From Scyliorhinus canicula (taxonomy: Eukaryota): 64,000 bases of DNA. This document shows, in pieces, positions 44,660 through 56,420 of this stretch. A model generated the notes under the pieces. It searched no databases. It was given only the letters and a program-made list of their open reading frames with translations, and had not been told where the DNA came from. Within the stretch, counting starts at the first letter, position 1. Every line of letters starts with the position of its first letter. The position numbers and the translations under genes were made by a program. The stretch is taken from NCBI RefSeq assembly GCF_902713615.1, contig NW_024055445.1:1-64000 (forward strand), read 5' to 3'.

Positions 44660-44747
44660 GGTTCGTTGGTCTAGGGGTATGATTCTCGCTTTGGGTGTCT
44701 CGCTGTAGGAATTTGCGAGAGGTCCCGGGTTAATCCCGGACGAGCTC
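44660..44747 (+). tRNA. trnP: tRNA-Pro(TGG)-like gene or pseudogene with an 18-nt insertion in the anticodon loop
   Basis: GGTTCGTTGGTCTAGGGGTATGATTCTCGCTTTGGG[18 nt]TGCGAGAGGTCCCGGGTTAATCCCGGACGAGCTC; T-loop shortened by 2 nt. Confidence 0.75.
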
Positions 44748-45439
44748 TTTGATGAGGGTTTCCGTTGGTCAAGCAACATGTTCTCTTCATTCCTTTGCGG
44801 CGGAGACAGCGGGATTCATTCACATTGGGTTTGCTTTGAGAAGCTGAGCTCCAACTGCAGGGAACCAATACGTTCCCGAGAAAATCGAAACATTTTCGAA
44901 AAGCTTGTCTACGAGTGGATATTCACTTATCTCTATTGACTAATTCTGGTTGATTCAGGCAACTCTCTGTCTGTTCCATTTCATTCATTCGGGGATGTGG
45001 ACACCCCTGGCTGCTCCAGCATTTATTGCCCACAGCTATTTGCTATTGGGACGGTGATGGTGAATTGCCTTCTTGAATCGCTAGTCTATTTTTACCCAAT
45101 ATTTATTTTGACAGTGAAACATTTCCAATTCCCCATTTACATTCACATATTTATTTATTATGTATGTCTTCATTTCGACCCTGGCCTGCTGCAATGTTCC
45201 ACAGAAACCCAGCAGAAACTGGGGGAATAGCGTCTCATCCTCTGATTAGGCATGTTACAGCCTTCCCGACTTAACATTGAGTTCAACAACCTCAGACTGT
45301 GAACTCTCTCTACCCCCTTCACCGCCTGTTTATTTCCATCAACTTATTTTCATTAATTCCAACGATATGTTTTGCCCTCACCATTGCCCCCTCCATCCAG
45401 CCCATCCGATTCCACTTGAGCAATCTGATCTCTATTGCA

Positions 45440-45580
45440 GGGGCTGGATTAGCACAGTGCGAAATCGCTGGCTTTGAAAACGGACCAGGATAGGCCAGTA
45501 CCAGCCTCCCCCAACAGGCGCCGGAATGTGGCGACAGTAACTTCATTTGAAGCCCACTAGTGACAATAAGCGATTTTAAT
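45440..45580 (+). mobile_element. family A SINE
   Basis: gggctggattagcacagtg...cagtaacttcatttgaagcc. Confidence 0.7.
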
Positions 45581-46247
45581 CTAATTTTCCTCTGCCTCGC
45601 TGCCTCGCTGCTTACTTTTGTTCTACCATGAACACATTCTGACATCTTAATGCGCCTCTATCAGCACCTTGCTTAGCCTTGATTAGCCTCATTTACATTC
45701 CCTTTTCCTTTCTGTCCAACACATTTTCGTCATTTGCCACCAGTCGCTGACACTCTACCGAGGACCAATGCGTCACGTCAGCCCCGCCCCAGCCACAATA
45801 GCCTGAATCTGACCCTACTGCCCGTTCTCCAGCTTTGACAAAGAGTCACCCAGACTCGAAACCTCAGCTGCCATCTCTCTCCACAGGGACTGCCAGACCA
45901 GCTGAGACTGTCCTGAATTTTTTGTTTTTGTTTCCCATCGACGCATCCGCAGTAAGTTGCTTTTATCGTACATTTAGACATGTGTGAAATGGTGATTAAA
46001 TATGTTCATCTGCATCTGTCAACACAATAGATTCTGTGGTGGATGAACAAACTGCTAATATCCGAATTGTGGCAAATTAGGAAAGGCTTTGCTTCCCCTG
46101 GCGTCTGGAAAATTCAGCATTTCTGACTTTGTTGCAGGAATTGTAATACCTTATGCGAGACCAAATCTCATGTTCCTCGAACGTGCGAGATTGAGGAACA
46201 AACGTATTTTGTAAAACCATTCGTCACTCGAAATGAAAAGCGCGTGA

Positions 46248-46313
46248 TGTTTCCTAACCACCGGGGACCTTTCGCGTGTTAGGCGAATGTGATAACCACT
46301 ACACTACAGAAAC
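46248..46313 (-). pseudogene. trnV: tRNA-Val(AAC) pseudogene
   Basis: Val body with the T arm deleted (66 nt). Confidence 0.8.
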
Positions 46314-46642
46314 CGGTGGGAGCTTCGCCATCAGTGGACGTGTGTAATGTTCAACCTCAATGTGTTGCTGCAGCTTCTAATGGTTCCGCGGAGTGGCCAT
46401 GTAACTTATTGCAAGAAGCCGTTTCTTTAAAACTGATCTCTCAACTTATGAAAGCATCAGGTATTGAACTTTGCTGAACTGAAGATAAGTTATGTTTTGC
46501 TTGAAGTTACATAGAGAGGGCAGGGCTTTTATGAGTAACCACAGCTGAAACGAGAATTGATGATGTCCTGCTGAATTTGCTCTGCATCAAGAACCAGCTG
46601 TCCAACCCACTGAACTAAAGAGGTCGCCAAAACTCAGAACTG

Positions 46643-46715
46643 CAAGCCAGCCAGGAGTCGAACCCAGAAACTCCTGATTCGTAACCAGACGCATTATCCA
46701 TTGCGCCACTGGCCC
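46643..46715 (-). tRNA. trnR: tRNA-Arg(ACG), diverged
   Basis: gggccagtggcgcaatggataatgcgtctggttacgaatcagg...; several stem changes. Confidence 0.7.
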
Positions 46716-46813
46716 ACCGAAGTTCCAAGCTTTTGCTATTCCTCGATGATGAAGACCAGTTACGAGACTGAGGTAATATTTAGCAACATATAGACTAAAC
46801 TGGAAGGACCAGA

Positions 46814-46886
46814 TGTTTCTGCCCAGTTTCGAACCGGCGACCATTCGCGTGTAAAGAAAATGTGATAACCACTACACTACAGAAAC
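46814..46886 (-). pseudogene. trnV: tRNA-Val(TAC), anticodon stem disrupted
   Basis: ttttc/gcgaa mismatches in the anticodon stem. Confidence 0.75.
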
Positions 46887-47801
46887 AGCTGGCAGCACAG
46901 AAGCCAACGGACCTGTGTCACCTTCAAGTCAGCTGCCTTGTTGCAGCTTCGCATAGTTCGGCTGAGAGGCCATGTCGCTTCTTAAGAATTGACAATTATG
47001 TGTTTCTTATATTTGACCTCTTTGTGTTTTGGTGTGTAAAATGCTCCAGCCTAAATACCGTTCATGTAGAAGAAAGGAAGGGTAATTGCAAATCAACATT
47101 GAGCCTGGATTCCCACACTGGCTTTTCCTGTTTCTCCATCAGGAAGACCGTTTTTACTTTCCAAAAGGTGGATCAGTTAACTCTCTGGCATTTCCTCTAA
47201 GTCAGTTACAGTATCGTTTGTGTCTGTCCTTTTGAGTACACATTACTACAAGACATCCTTCAATCTGGCCTGTTGCATTTGCTGATCCCAACGGATCTAC
47301 TCTGCATTGGAGAGACTAAATACCGACTCGGTTACCGCTGTGCAAAACACCTTCGCTCCATCGACAAGCTGGTGGAAGACTCTCCTGTCGCTTGCTATTT
47401 CAACTCCTTTCTGCTACATGGACGGTATTTAGGCTGCAGCATTTTACACACCAAAACACAAAGAGGTCAAATATAAGAAACACATAATTGTCAATTCTTA
47501 AACTCAACTCAAGCATTGAATAACGGAACAAATATTGTGTAAAGTCGGTTGCTATTTTCTGTAGGATTTCAGAATGCTGCATTAATAATAGAAGAGAGCA
47601 TTTCGCCGTTAGAGTTTTCTGAACAAATTCTTCAGTTCAATATAGGTTCTTCTACTGGCTTGTAAATTTAGACATCTGTTTTAAAGAAATAGACGTGTTC
47701 TTGTCAGAAGTGACATGGCCTCTCAGCCGAACCATGCGAAGCTGCAACAAGGCAGGTGAGTTGAAGGTGACACAGGTCCGTTGGAGTCTGCGCTGCCAGC
47801 T

Positions 47802-47874
47802 GTTTCTGTAGTGTAGTGGTTATCACATTCGCTTTACACGCGAATGGTCCCCGGTTCAAAACCGTGCAGAAACA
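47802..47874 (+). tRNA. trnV: tRNA-Val(TAC), T-arm variants
   Basis: Anticodon loop TT-TAC-AC; TTCAAAA T-loop and a T-stem mismatch. Confidence 0.75.
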
Positions 47875-47968
47875 TCTGGTGTTTCCAGTTTAGTCTGTCG
47901 CAAAATGTGACCTCAATCTCGTAACTGGTCTTCATCATCGACGAATACCAAAAGCTTATGACTGCTGT

Positions 47969-48037
47969 GGGCCAGTGGCGCAATGGATAACGCGTCTGAC
48001 TACCAGGAGATTCCAGGTTCGACTCCTGGCTAGCTCC
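47969..48037 (+). pseudogene. trnR: tRNA-Arg pseudogene
   Basis: Deletion in the anticodon loop (gactac-cagg). Confidence 0.8.
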
Positions 48038-48365
48038 CGTTCCTAGTTTTGGCGTCCCCTTTAGTTCAGTGGGTTGGACAGCTGGTTCCCGATGCAGAGC
48101 AAAGTGAGCAGGGCATCATCAATTCTCGTATCAGCTGTGGTTACTTATGAAAGCCCTGCCCTCTCAATTTAACTTCAAGCAAAACATAACTTATCTCCAG
48201 TTCATCAAAGTTCAATATATGATCCTTTGATGAGTTGAGACATCAGTTTCAAAGAAACGGCTCCTTCCAATAAGTTACATGGCCTCTCAGCGGAACCGTT
48301 GGAAGCTGCAACAATACATTGAAGTTCAACATTGCACAGGGCCACTGATTGTGATACTCTCAGCG

Positions 48366-48438
48366 GTTTCTGTAGTGTAGTGGTTATCACATTCGCCTAA
48401 CACGCGAAAGGTCCCCGGTCCGAAACCGGGCAGAAACA
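48366..48438 (+). tRNA. trnV: tRNA-Val(AAC)
   Basis: Loop CT-AAC-AC; GGTCCGA instead of GGTTCGA in the B box. Confidence 0.8.
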
Positions 48439-48522
48439 TGGCGTGGTTCTGATTTTGTGTGGCGAATGTTTGCACTAAATACGTTTCTTCCTCAATCTGA
48501 GCGATTAACCCTGTGCGCTGAA

Positions 48523-48697
48523 GGGGCTGTTTAGCTCACAGGGCTAATCCCTGGCTTTTAAAGCAGACCAAGGCAAACCAGCAGCACGGTTCGATTCCCG
48601 TAACATCCTCCCCGAACAGGCGCCGGAATGTGGCGACTAGGGGCTTTTCACAGTAACTTCATTTGAACCCTCCTCGTGAAAATAAGCGATTTTCATC
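48523..48697 (+). mobile_element. family A SINE inserted in an array unit
   Basis: Absent from the other units at the equivalent position. Confidence 0.8.
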
Positions 48698-49561
48698 TTG
48701 CACGTTTGAGGAACGTGAGATTTGGTCTCGCATGAGATATTAAAATTGCTGCAACAGACTCGACTTCCGGGCGGCGAGCGAGGAGGTCGCAGGGAGAGGG
48801 GCTCCCGCAAGCGCCAGGAAGGAACCCCCCCGACAGGCCGGACGGCGGAGGAGGAGCGGGCGGCAACGGCGGAGGAGGAGCGGGCGGCAACGGCGGAGGA
48901 GCGGGCGACAACGGAGGAGCGGCGGGCGGCAGCGGAGGAGAAGCGGAGGAGAAGCGGAGGAGGAGCGGGCGGCAGCTGAGGAGGAGCGGGCGGCGGCGGA
49001 AGGCGGAGGCGAGGAGCGACGGCGACAGGGAGGCCCAGCAGCGGCAGGTCCAACCCCTCTCCCCCCCCCCCCCCCCCCACGCGGGCCGGGAACGGTGCGG
49101 TAGCGGCGGGCCCTCTTCCCCCCCCCAAACCAGCAGCGGGACACCACCTTCCCCCCCCCAATCAGCAGCGGGGACACCAACTCCCCCCCCCCCCCAACCA
49201 GCAGCGAGGACACCAACCCCCCCCCCCCCCCAACCAGCAGCGGGGACACAAACCCCCCCAACCCCCCAACCAGCAGCCCCACTCGCCCCTCCCCCTCCCC
49301 CCAACTGCAGTGACCACCACGTGGCAAGGACAAAGGGGGACTCTCTCTCTCTCTCCTGGGCGAGTGGAGAGAGAAAACAAAAGAAAAAAGAGACTTATAT
49401 TTCTGTTCTTTTTTTTAAAATAAAAACCCAAAAGAAAACTGGTAAAGAGAAAAGGGGTGAAATAAAGGGGTAAAGGAAAGAAGGGGGGAAATAAATTTTT
49501 CATTTAAAAAAAAAAATATATACATATATTTTTATATATATATAAATAAAATTAAAATAGG

Positions 49562-50608
49562 GTGCGGAAAAGGGGGAAAAGAAGAACAAGGAGAGAAGAA
49601 ACGATGAAGGGGAAGGGGGAGAAAAAAATGCCAGAAGGGACCCAAGAGAAAGGGGGCACCGGAGGTGGACGGGGCAAAGGGCAAACCAGCTTGGGCGAAC
49701 GAGTCAACACGCGAAGCAGCGGGAAGAATGTATCGCCGCATCCAAAAGGGCTGGACGGGCGGGCAACCTCTCCCCTGGGGTTAGAGGGGGGCGTGAATTG
49801 GAAGGAAGCCATTGCAGAGGTGGTGAGGGAGCAGCTGCAGGCAATCAAGGCAGAGTTAAAAGCAGACACAGAGGCCGCAGCACAGGCAGCAATGACCAGG
49901 GCCATGTCAGGGGTGCAGCAGGCTCTGACCAGAATGGAGGAGAAAGTGGATGCCCAAGGGAAGATACTGGAAGCCCACGGGGCAACCATTAAAGAGCTGG
50001 AGAAGGCAGCGACTGACGTGAGCGACCGGGTCATGTCCCTGGAGAGGGAAATGGCGAAACTGAGTGCAACACAGGGGAGCCTGAAGGGCAGGGTAGACGA
50101 CCAGGAGATCAACTCGAGAAGGCAAAACATTAAGATAGTGGGCCTGCCAGAGGGGATAGAGGGTAGAAATCCCACAACATTCGTGGCTGCGATGCTGGGC
50201 TCCTTAGTGGGGCGGGAAACTTTTCCCACCCCACCGGAAATGGACAGAGCTCATCGGTCACTGCGCCCGAAGCCCAAGGAAGGGGAAAAACCGAGAGCAG
50301 TTATAGCCAGACTGCACCGGTACCGGGATAGGGAGACAATCCTGCGCTGGGCCAAGGAGAATAGAGCCTGCAATTGGGACGGGCACGCCATCAGAATCTA
50401 CGAGGATTTTGGAGCGGACATAGCTAAGAGACGGGCGGAGTTCAACAGAGCGAAAGCAGCTCTCTATAAGAACAAAGTACGTTTTGGTATGCTGTACCCA
50501 GCAAAACTCTGGGTCACATACCAACACAAGGAATATTTCTTTACAGCCCCTGCCGAGGCGAATAGATTCGTTGAGGAGCACGGGCTGGAAAAACGCCATG
50601 GGAAGTAG
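49562..50608 (+). CDS. L1 ORF1p (coiled coil, RRM, CTD)
   Basis: 'NSRRQNIKIVGLPEGIEG', 'RAHR', 'PRAVIARLHRY', 'YPAKL'; the true start may be a downstream Met. Confidence 0.9.
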   Translation: MRKRGKRRTRREETMKGKGEKKMPEGTQEKGGTGGGRGKGQTSLGERVNTRSSGKNVSPHPKGLDGRATSPLGLEGGVNWKEAIAEVVREQLQAIKAELKADTEAAAQAAMTRAMSGVQQALTRMEEKVDAQGKILEAHGATIKELEKAATDVSDRVMSLEREMAKLSATQGSLKGRVDDQEINSRRQNIKIVGLPEGIEGRNPTTFVAAMLGSLVGRETFPTPPEMDRAHRSLRPKPKEGEKPRAVIARLHRYRDRETILRWAKENRACNWDGHAIRIYEDFGADIAKRRAEFNRAKAALYKNKVRFGMLYPAKLWVTYQHKEYFFTAPAEANRFVEEHGLEKRHGK

Positions 50609-51380
50609 GGACGAGGGGCCCATGGCAAGGAGATACGTCATGCCGACGGGGGGGTGGGGAGGGGCGAGGCAAAGCCAGCCCCCTCCCCCCTGGCAGGAGC
50701 ACCCAGGAAAAACAACCCAATGCCCAAGGGCCCGCTCCAGGTGGGAGGTCAGGCCCCGGCACGAGGGAACGGGAGTACTGGAGAGGGGAGAGGGGAAGGG
50801 GGACAGCAACCTCCGAGCGGGGAGCCACCGTGCTAGCAGGAAAGCTAGCGAAGGGGGCGCGCAACAGAGCAGGGCCGCAGCGCACCCCCAACAGGGGGGA
50901 AGGCGCCAGGCAGGGGAGGGGGGGGATCACCCATCAAAGGTGGGAGAGCAAATGGGGACAGGAATGGGGGAGAGAGGGGCAATGGAGGGGTACACAGGGG
51001 TATCCCCGAAAGGGATAGAGCGGGGGGGGGGGGGGCACTCGGGGGGCGAGAGACCAGGGAGGGGAAATGCAGGGACGAAGGGACAAAAGAGGCCAGAAAG
51101 GGAATAGGGCCACAAAGTGCCACAGACAAGGGCTCGAAACAGGGAACTGCTGCAAACACCCACCCAGTACGGTCTGTGGGTGAAGGGGCCCCCCGGAGTG
51201 CAGGGGGCTACCCGCGTGGCGGACACACAGTGGACGGCCATGGCGGGTGTCCCCGGGACAAGGGGGAACCCCGGAGCGCAGGGACCCGACCGCATGGGGA
51301 GAGCAGTGATAGTGGACATCCTGGACGGCCCCCTAACAAAGGGAAACCCCAGAGGGCAGGGGCGCGTCCACCGGACAAAT

Positions 51381-54300
51381 ATGGTTAACCCCACAGGAGC
51401 AAGGGGGCAGAAGCCCCCCACCAGAATAGTCACCTGGAACGTAAGGGGACTTAATGGCCCAGTGAAGAGATCTAGAGTCCTCACCCACCTTAGAAACATG
51501 AGGGCCGACATAGTCTTCCTCCAAGAGACGCACTTGAGGGAGCAGGACCAACTGCGGGTAAGAAAGGGCTGGGTGGGACAAACCTATCATTCCTGTTATG
51601 GGGCAAGGGCCAGGGGGGTGGCGATCCTGATTGGCAAGAGGACAATGTTTAGGGCGACAAAGACGGTTACGGACCCAGGGGGACGGTATGTCATGGTCAG
51701 CGGGGCCCTGGATGGGGCGCCGGTAGTCCTAGTTAACGTGTATGCGCCCAACTGGGACGACACGAGCTTCATCCAAAAGACCATGGCAGAAATCCCGGAC
51801 ATAGCGACGCACCGACTAATCATGGGGGGGGACTTCAACTGTGTACAGGACCCAACGACGGACAGATCAAACCCCAGAACGGGGAAAACCTCAAACATGG
51901 CAAGGGAACTCAGTCACTATATGGAGCAGATGGGAGCAGTAGACCCCTGGAGATTCGCCCACCCGGGGGAGAAAGAATTCTCTTTCTTCTCCCCAGTACA
52001 CAACGTGTACACCAGAATTGACTTCTTTGTGGTGGGGAAAACGGTGCTTCCAGAGATAGACAAGGTGGAATACTCCGCAATTGTGATATCAGACCACGCC
52101 CCACACTACATGGATGTGCGGCTAGAGACGGGAAGGGCCCAGCGCCCCAAATGGAGGTTGGACGGTGCCTTACTAGCTGACAAGGCCTTCAGCGAAAGGA
52201 TAGCGCGGGCCATAGCGGAGTACACTGAGATCAACCAAAACGGGGAGGTCTCACCCTCCACGTTCTGGGAAGCGCTTAAGGCCGTACTAAGAGGGGAAAT
52301 CATAGCCTACAAAGCGCAAAGAGATAGGGAGGAAAGGGTGGCTAGGCAGAAGCTGGTCGACTCCATACTGGAGGTAGACCATAAATACTCCGAGGCCCCG
52401 ACCGTAGAACTCCTGGCGGAGAGGAAAGAATTACAAAGGAACTTTGACCTGCTCTCCACCAGGAAAGCAGTACACCAACTCCGCCAGGCACGCGGGGCCC
52501 TATACGAACACGGAGACAAAGCCAGCCGCCTGTTGGCCCACCAGCTGAGAAAGCAGGCAGCCAGCAGAGAAATTGCGCAAATCAGAGATACCAGAGGCAC
52601 GTTGGAAACAGAACCAGAGAGGATTAACAAAACCTTCAAGGCCTTCTACCAAGAGCTGTACACCTCAGAGCCCCCAACGGGGAAGGCTGGGATGAACCGG
52701 TTTCTTGACGGACTGGACATACCAGTTGTGGGAGAGGGCAGAAAACGGGATCTGGAAGCACCACTAGCACTGGGAGAGATCATGGACAGCATTAGCTCCA
52801 TGCAGGCGGGGAAGGCGCCGGGACCGGACGGATTCCCGGCGGACTTCTACAAAAAATTTGCGACAGCGCTGGCCCCGCACCTGCGGGAGATGTTCACAGA
52901 CTCGCTAGCTAGGGGCACATTGCCACCCACGTTAGCACAGGCCTCAATCTCGCTGATACCTAAGAAAGACAAAGACCCAACGGAATGTGGGTCATACAGA
53001 CCCATATCTCTGCTGAATGCAGACGCCAAAATACTGGCCAAAATCCTAGCCAAGAGGCTAGAAGACTGTGTACCTGAGGTGGTCACAGAGGACCAGACGG
53101 GCTTTGTCAAAGGTAGACAGCTTACCGCGAACATCAGGCGCCTGCTGAACGTGATAATGACCCCCTCCGGGGAGAGAACACAAGAGGTGATCGTCTCCCT
53201 GGACGCAGAAAAGGCCTTCGACAGAGTCGAGTGGAAATACCTCATAGAGGTACTGGAGCGGTTCGGGCTTGGAACAGGGTTCACCGCTTGGGTAAAGCTC
53301 CTGTACAACGCACCCATGGCGAGTGTACAGACCAACAATACCAACTCCCAATACTTCCAGCTGCACAGGGGCACCAGACAAGGATGCCCACTGTCCCCGC
53401 TGCTGTTCGCACTAGCAATTGAACCGCTAGCAATCGCGCTCAGGGCAGCAAAAAATTGGAGGGGGATCCGAAGGGGAGGTAGAGAGCACAGAGTCTCACT
53501 CTATGCGGATGATCTGCTCCTCTATATCTCGGACCCACAAAGCAGCATGGACGGAATCATCGCGCTCCTGAAAGAGTTTGGAGCCTTCTCGGGCTACAAA
53601 CTCAACATGAGCAAAAGTGAGATCTTCCCAGTACACCCGCAAGGGGGGGGGGGGCAGCACTAAAGGGGCTGCCGTTCAATCAAGCCCGACATAAATTCCG
53701 CTACCTGGGGATCCAAATAGCCCATGACTGGAAAGGGATCCACAAATGGAACCTCACCAGCCTGACGGAGGAAGTTAAAAAGGACCTGCAAAGATGGAAC
53801 ACACTCCCGCTCTCCCTCGCGGGGAGAGTTCAGACGATCAAAATGAACGTACTGCCCAGGTTCCTCTTCCTGTTTAGATCCATTCCGATCTACATCCCCA
53901 AGGCCTTTTTCAAAGCGCTGGACAAACTCATCATGGCGTTCGTATGGGGGGGTAAAAATGCTAGGATCCCAAAGAAGGTCTTACAAAAAACAAAAACCAG
54001 GGGAGGGCTAGCCCTCCCGAATCTACAATTCTACCACTGGGCAGCAACAGCCGAGCGAGTAAGGGGATGGATCCAGGAGCCAGAGGCTGAGTGGGTGCGT
54101 GCGGAGGAGGCCTCCTGCATGGGAACCTCCCTCCGGGCCCTCGCCACGGCAGCACTCCCATCCCCACCCAAAAAACACTCCAGCAGCCCAGTGGTGACAG
54201 CCACCCTCCAATCCTGGAACCAACTGCGGCAGCAACTTGGCCTGACCAAAATGTCGAACAGGGCTCCCATCTGCAACAACCATAGGTTCACACCAGCACT

Positions 54301-55206
54301 GACTGACGCCACCTTCAAAAGGTGGAGGCAGGACGGGGAACACTGACAGTCAGGGACCTATACACGGACGACAGGATCGCAACACTGGACGAACTGACAG
54401 AGAAGTTTCAGCTAGCTGGGGGGAACGAGCTACGGTACCTGCAGCTCAAAAACTTCCTACGAAAGGAGACAAGGACGTACCCACAACCGCCACGACAGAC
54501 ACTACTGGAAGACCTACTGGACGCAAGTATCCTAGAGAAAGGGAACTGTAGTGACATGTATGACCGACTGGTAGATAGGGACGACACCGTACTGGACGCA
54601 ACAAGAAGGAAATGGGAGGACGACCTGGGGATGGAGATAGGGTGGGGACTCTGGAGCGAAGCACTGCATAGGGTCAACTCCACCTCCACGTGCGCAAGGC
54701 TCAGCCTGACGCAACTAAAAGTGGTACATAGAGCCCACTTAACAAGAACCCGTATGAGTAGGTTCTTCCCGGAGGTGGAAGACAGATGTGAACGGTGCCA
54801 AAGAGGCCCGGCCAACCACGCCCACATGTTCTGGTCTTGCCCCAGACTCGTGGAGTACTGGACAGCCTTCTTCGAGGTTATGTCCAAAGTGGTGGGAGTG
54901 AGGGTGGAGCCATGCCCGATAGTGGCGGTCTTCGGGGTTTCAGAACAGCCAGATCTATTCCTGGGGAGGAGGGCGGACGCCCTTGCCTTTGCCTCCCTGA
55001 TCGCCCGCCGTAGAATCCTGTTTGGCTGGCGGTCAGCAGCACCGCCCAGAGCTGCGGATTGGCTGTCCGACCTCTCGGAATCTCTCCAAATGGAGAAAAT
55101 CAAATTTGCCATCCGAGGGTCGGACGACGGCTTCCACAGAACGTGGGAGCCATTCATGCAACTGTTCCGGGACCTATTTGTGGCCAATGTACAAGAGGAA
55201 GAATAG
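51381..55206 (+). CDS. L1 ORF2p (APE endonuclease, RT, C-terminal Cys motif), split by two G-run frameshifts
   Basis: 'TWNVRGLN', 'LQETH', 'GGDFN', 'SDH', 'GTRQGCPLSPLLF', 'YADD', 'CERC..GPANHAHMFWSC'; breaks at G12 (53643-53654) and G4 (54335-54338). Confidence 0.9.
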
Positions 55207-55729
55207 TCGGGGGAAGGTAGCGGGAGGGGCTACAGGTTCGGTACGGGGGTTCGATGGCTAGCTAAGGCCCAAAACCAAACTAAATAAACATGTTGGGGGG
55301 GGGGGGGCGGGCGCAGTTACTACTACGAAGATGCTTACCTGTAAATATGTATGTTAATTTTTGCGTGTTTGTTTGTTGTTTTTTTTCTTTTTTTTTTTTT
55401 TTTTTTTTTTTTTTTGTTCTTTTTCTCTCCTAACAATTTGTAATTTGTTCAATATAAAATATGAAAACTGAATAAAAACATTTATAAAAAAAAAAAAATT
55501 GCTGCAACACAGTCAGAAATACTGAATTTTCAAGACGCCGGGGGAAGAAAATTTTTAACAAATATTTTGCCACAATTCGGATATCAGCAGTTTGTTCATC
55601 CACCACAGAATCTATCGGATGCAGATCAACATATTTAATCACCATTTCAAACATGTCTAAATGTACGATAAAAGCAATTTACTGCGTATGCGTCAATGAG
55701 GAACAAAAACAGAAAACACAGGACAGTCT

Positions 55730-56420
55730 CAGCAGGTCTGACAGCCTCTGTGGAGAGAGATGGCAAGTGTCGTTTCGAGTCTGGGTGACTCTTTGTCGAA
55801 GCCGGACAACTGGATCTTTGGTTAGGTTTAGATTGGCGGTGCGTGGGGGGAGAGCGACAGACGACCAGCGATGGGTGGAGAATAACAAGAATGTGTTGTG
55901 CTGAAAGAAAAAGGGAATGTAAATGTTTCTAATCAGTGTTCAGAACGGTGCTGATAGAGGCGATTAGAAGATTAGAACGTGTTAATGGCAGAGGACAATG
56001 CGGAACAAGGAGCGGGTTTCCCAAGACGGATGCGATTGGCTAGGGGAATGGGGAGGGGGAGACAATGGGAGAGGAAGACATATCAATGGAAGCAATGAAA
56101 ATAGGTTGATGGAAATAAACATGTGGTGAAGTGGGAAGAGTGATTTCACGGTGCGAAGTTGTTGACCGTACTGTAAAATCCGAAAGGCTGTACCGTGCCT
56201 ATTCGGAGGATGGGGTGCTGCTCCTCGGCGTTGTGCTGAGCTACATGGGAACATAGCAGCAGGCCATGATCGGACATGTGGACATGAGAGCAGGACAGTG
56301 AGTTCAAATAGCAAGCGACAGGAGAGTCTACCACTACATTGTCGATGGAGCGAAGGTGTTTTGCAAAGCGGTCACCCAGTCGGCATTTAGTCTCTCCAAT
56401 GCAGAGTAGATGGCATTGGG
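55730..56420 (-). mobile_element. Penelope-like element 3' remnant (GIY-YIG), repeated in every array unit
   Basis: 'LCIGETKCRLGDRFAKHLRSID...SPVACYLNS'; equivalents at ~58000-58700, ~60270-60960 and inverted at ~45600-45900/47270-47400. Confidence 0.75.

Larger units (their letters stand above)
45590..47410 (-). repeat. inverted, more diverged copy of the tRNA-array unit
   Basis: Reverse complement of the unit (Penelope remnant, Val-AAC, Arg, Val-TAC, spacer) with an internal deletion near 46980. Confidence 0.85.
48757..55494 (+). mobile_element. young full-length L1 LINE (~6.7 kb) with a 15-bp TSD
   Basis: TSD AAAATTGCTGCAACA at 48742-48756 and 55495-55509, at a TT/AAAA site; GC-rich 5' UTR; ORF1; ORF2; AATAAA and poly(A). 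Confidence 0.95.

Noticed and set aside
48637-49503. Long Ala/Pro/Gly/Arg-rich antisense ORFs in the L1 5' UTR (ORF0-like?)
   Set aside because: Low-complexity GC repeats and C runs readily give stop-free frames; nothing else supports coding.
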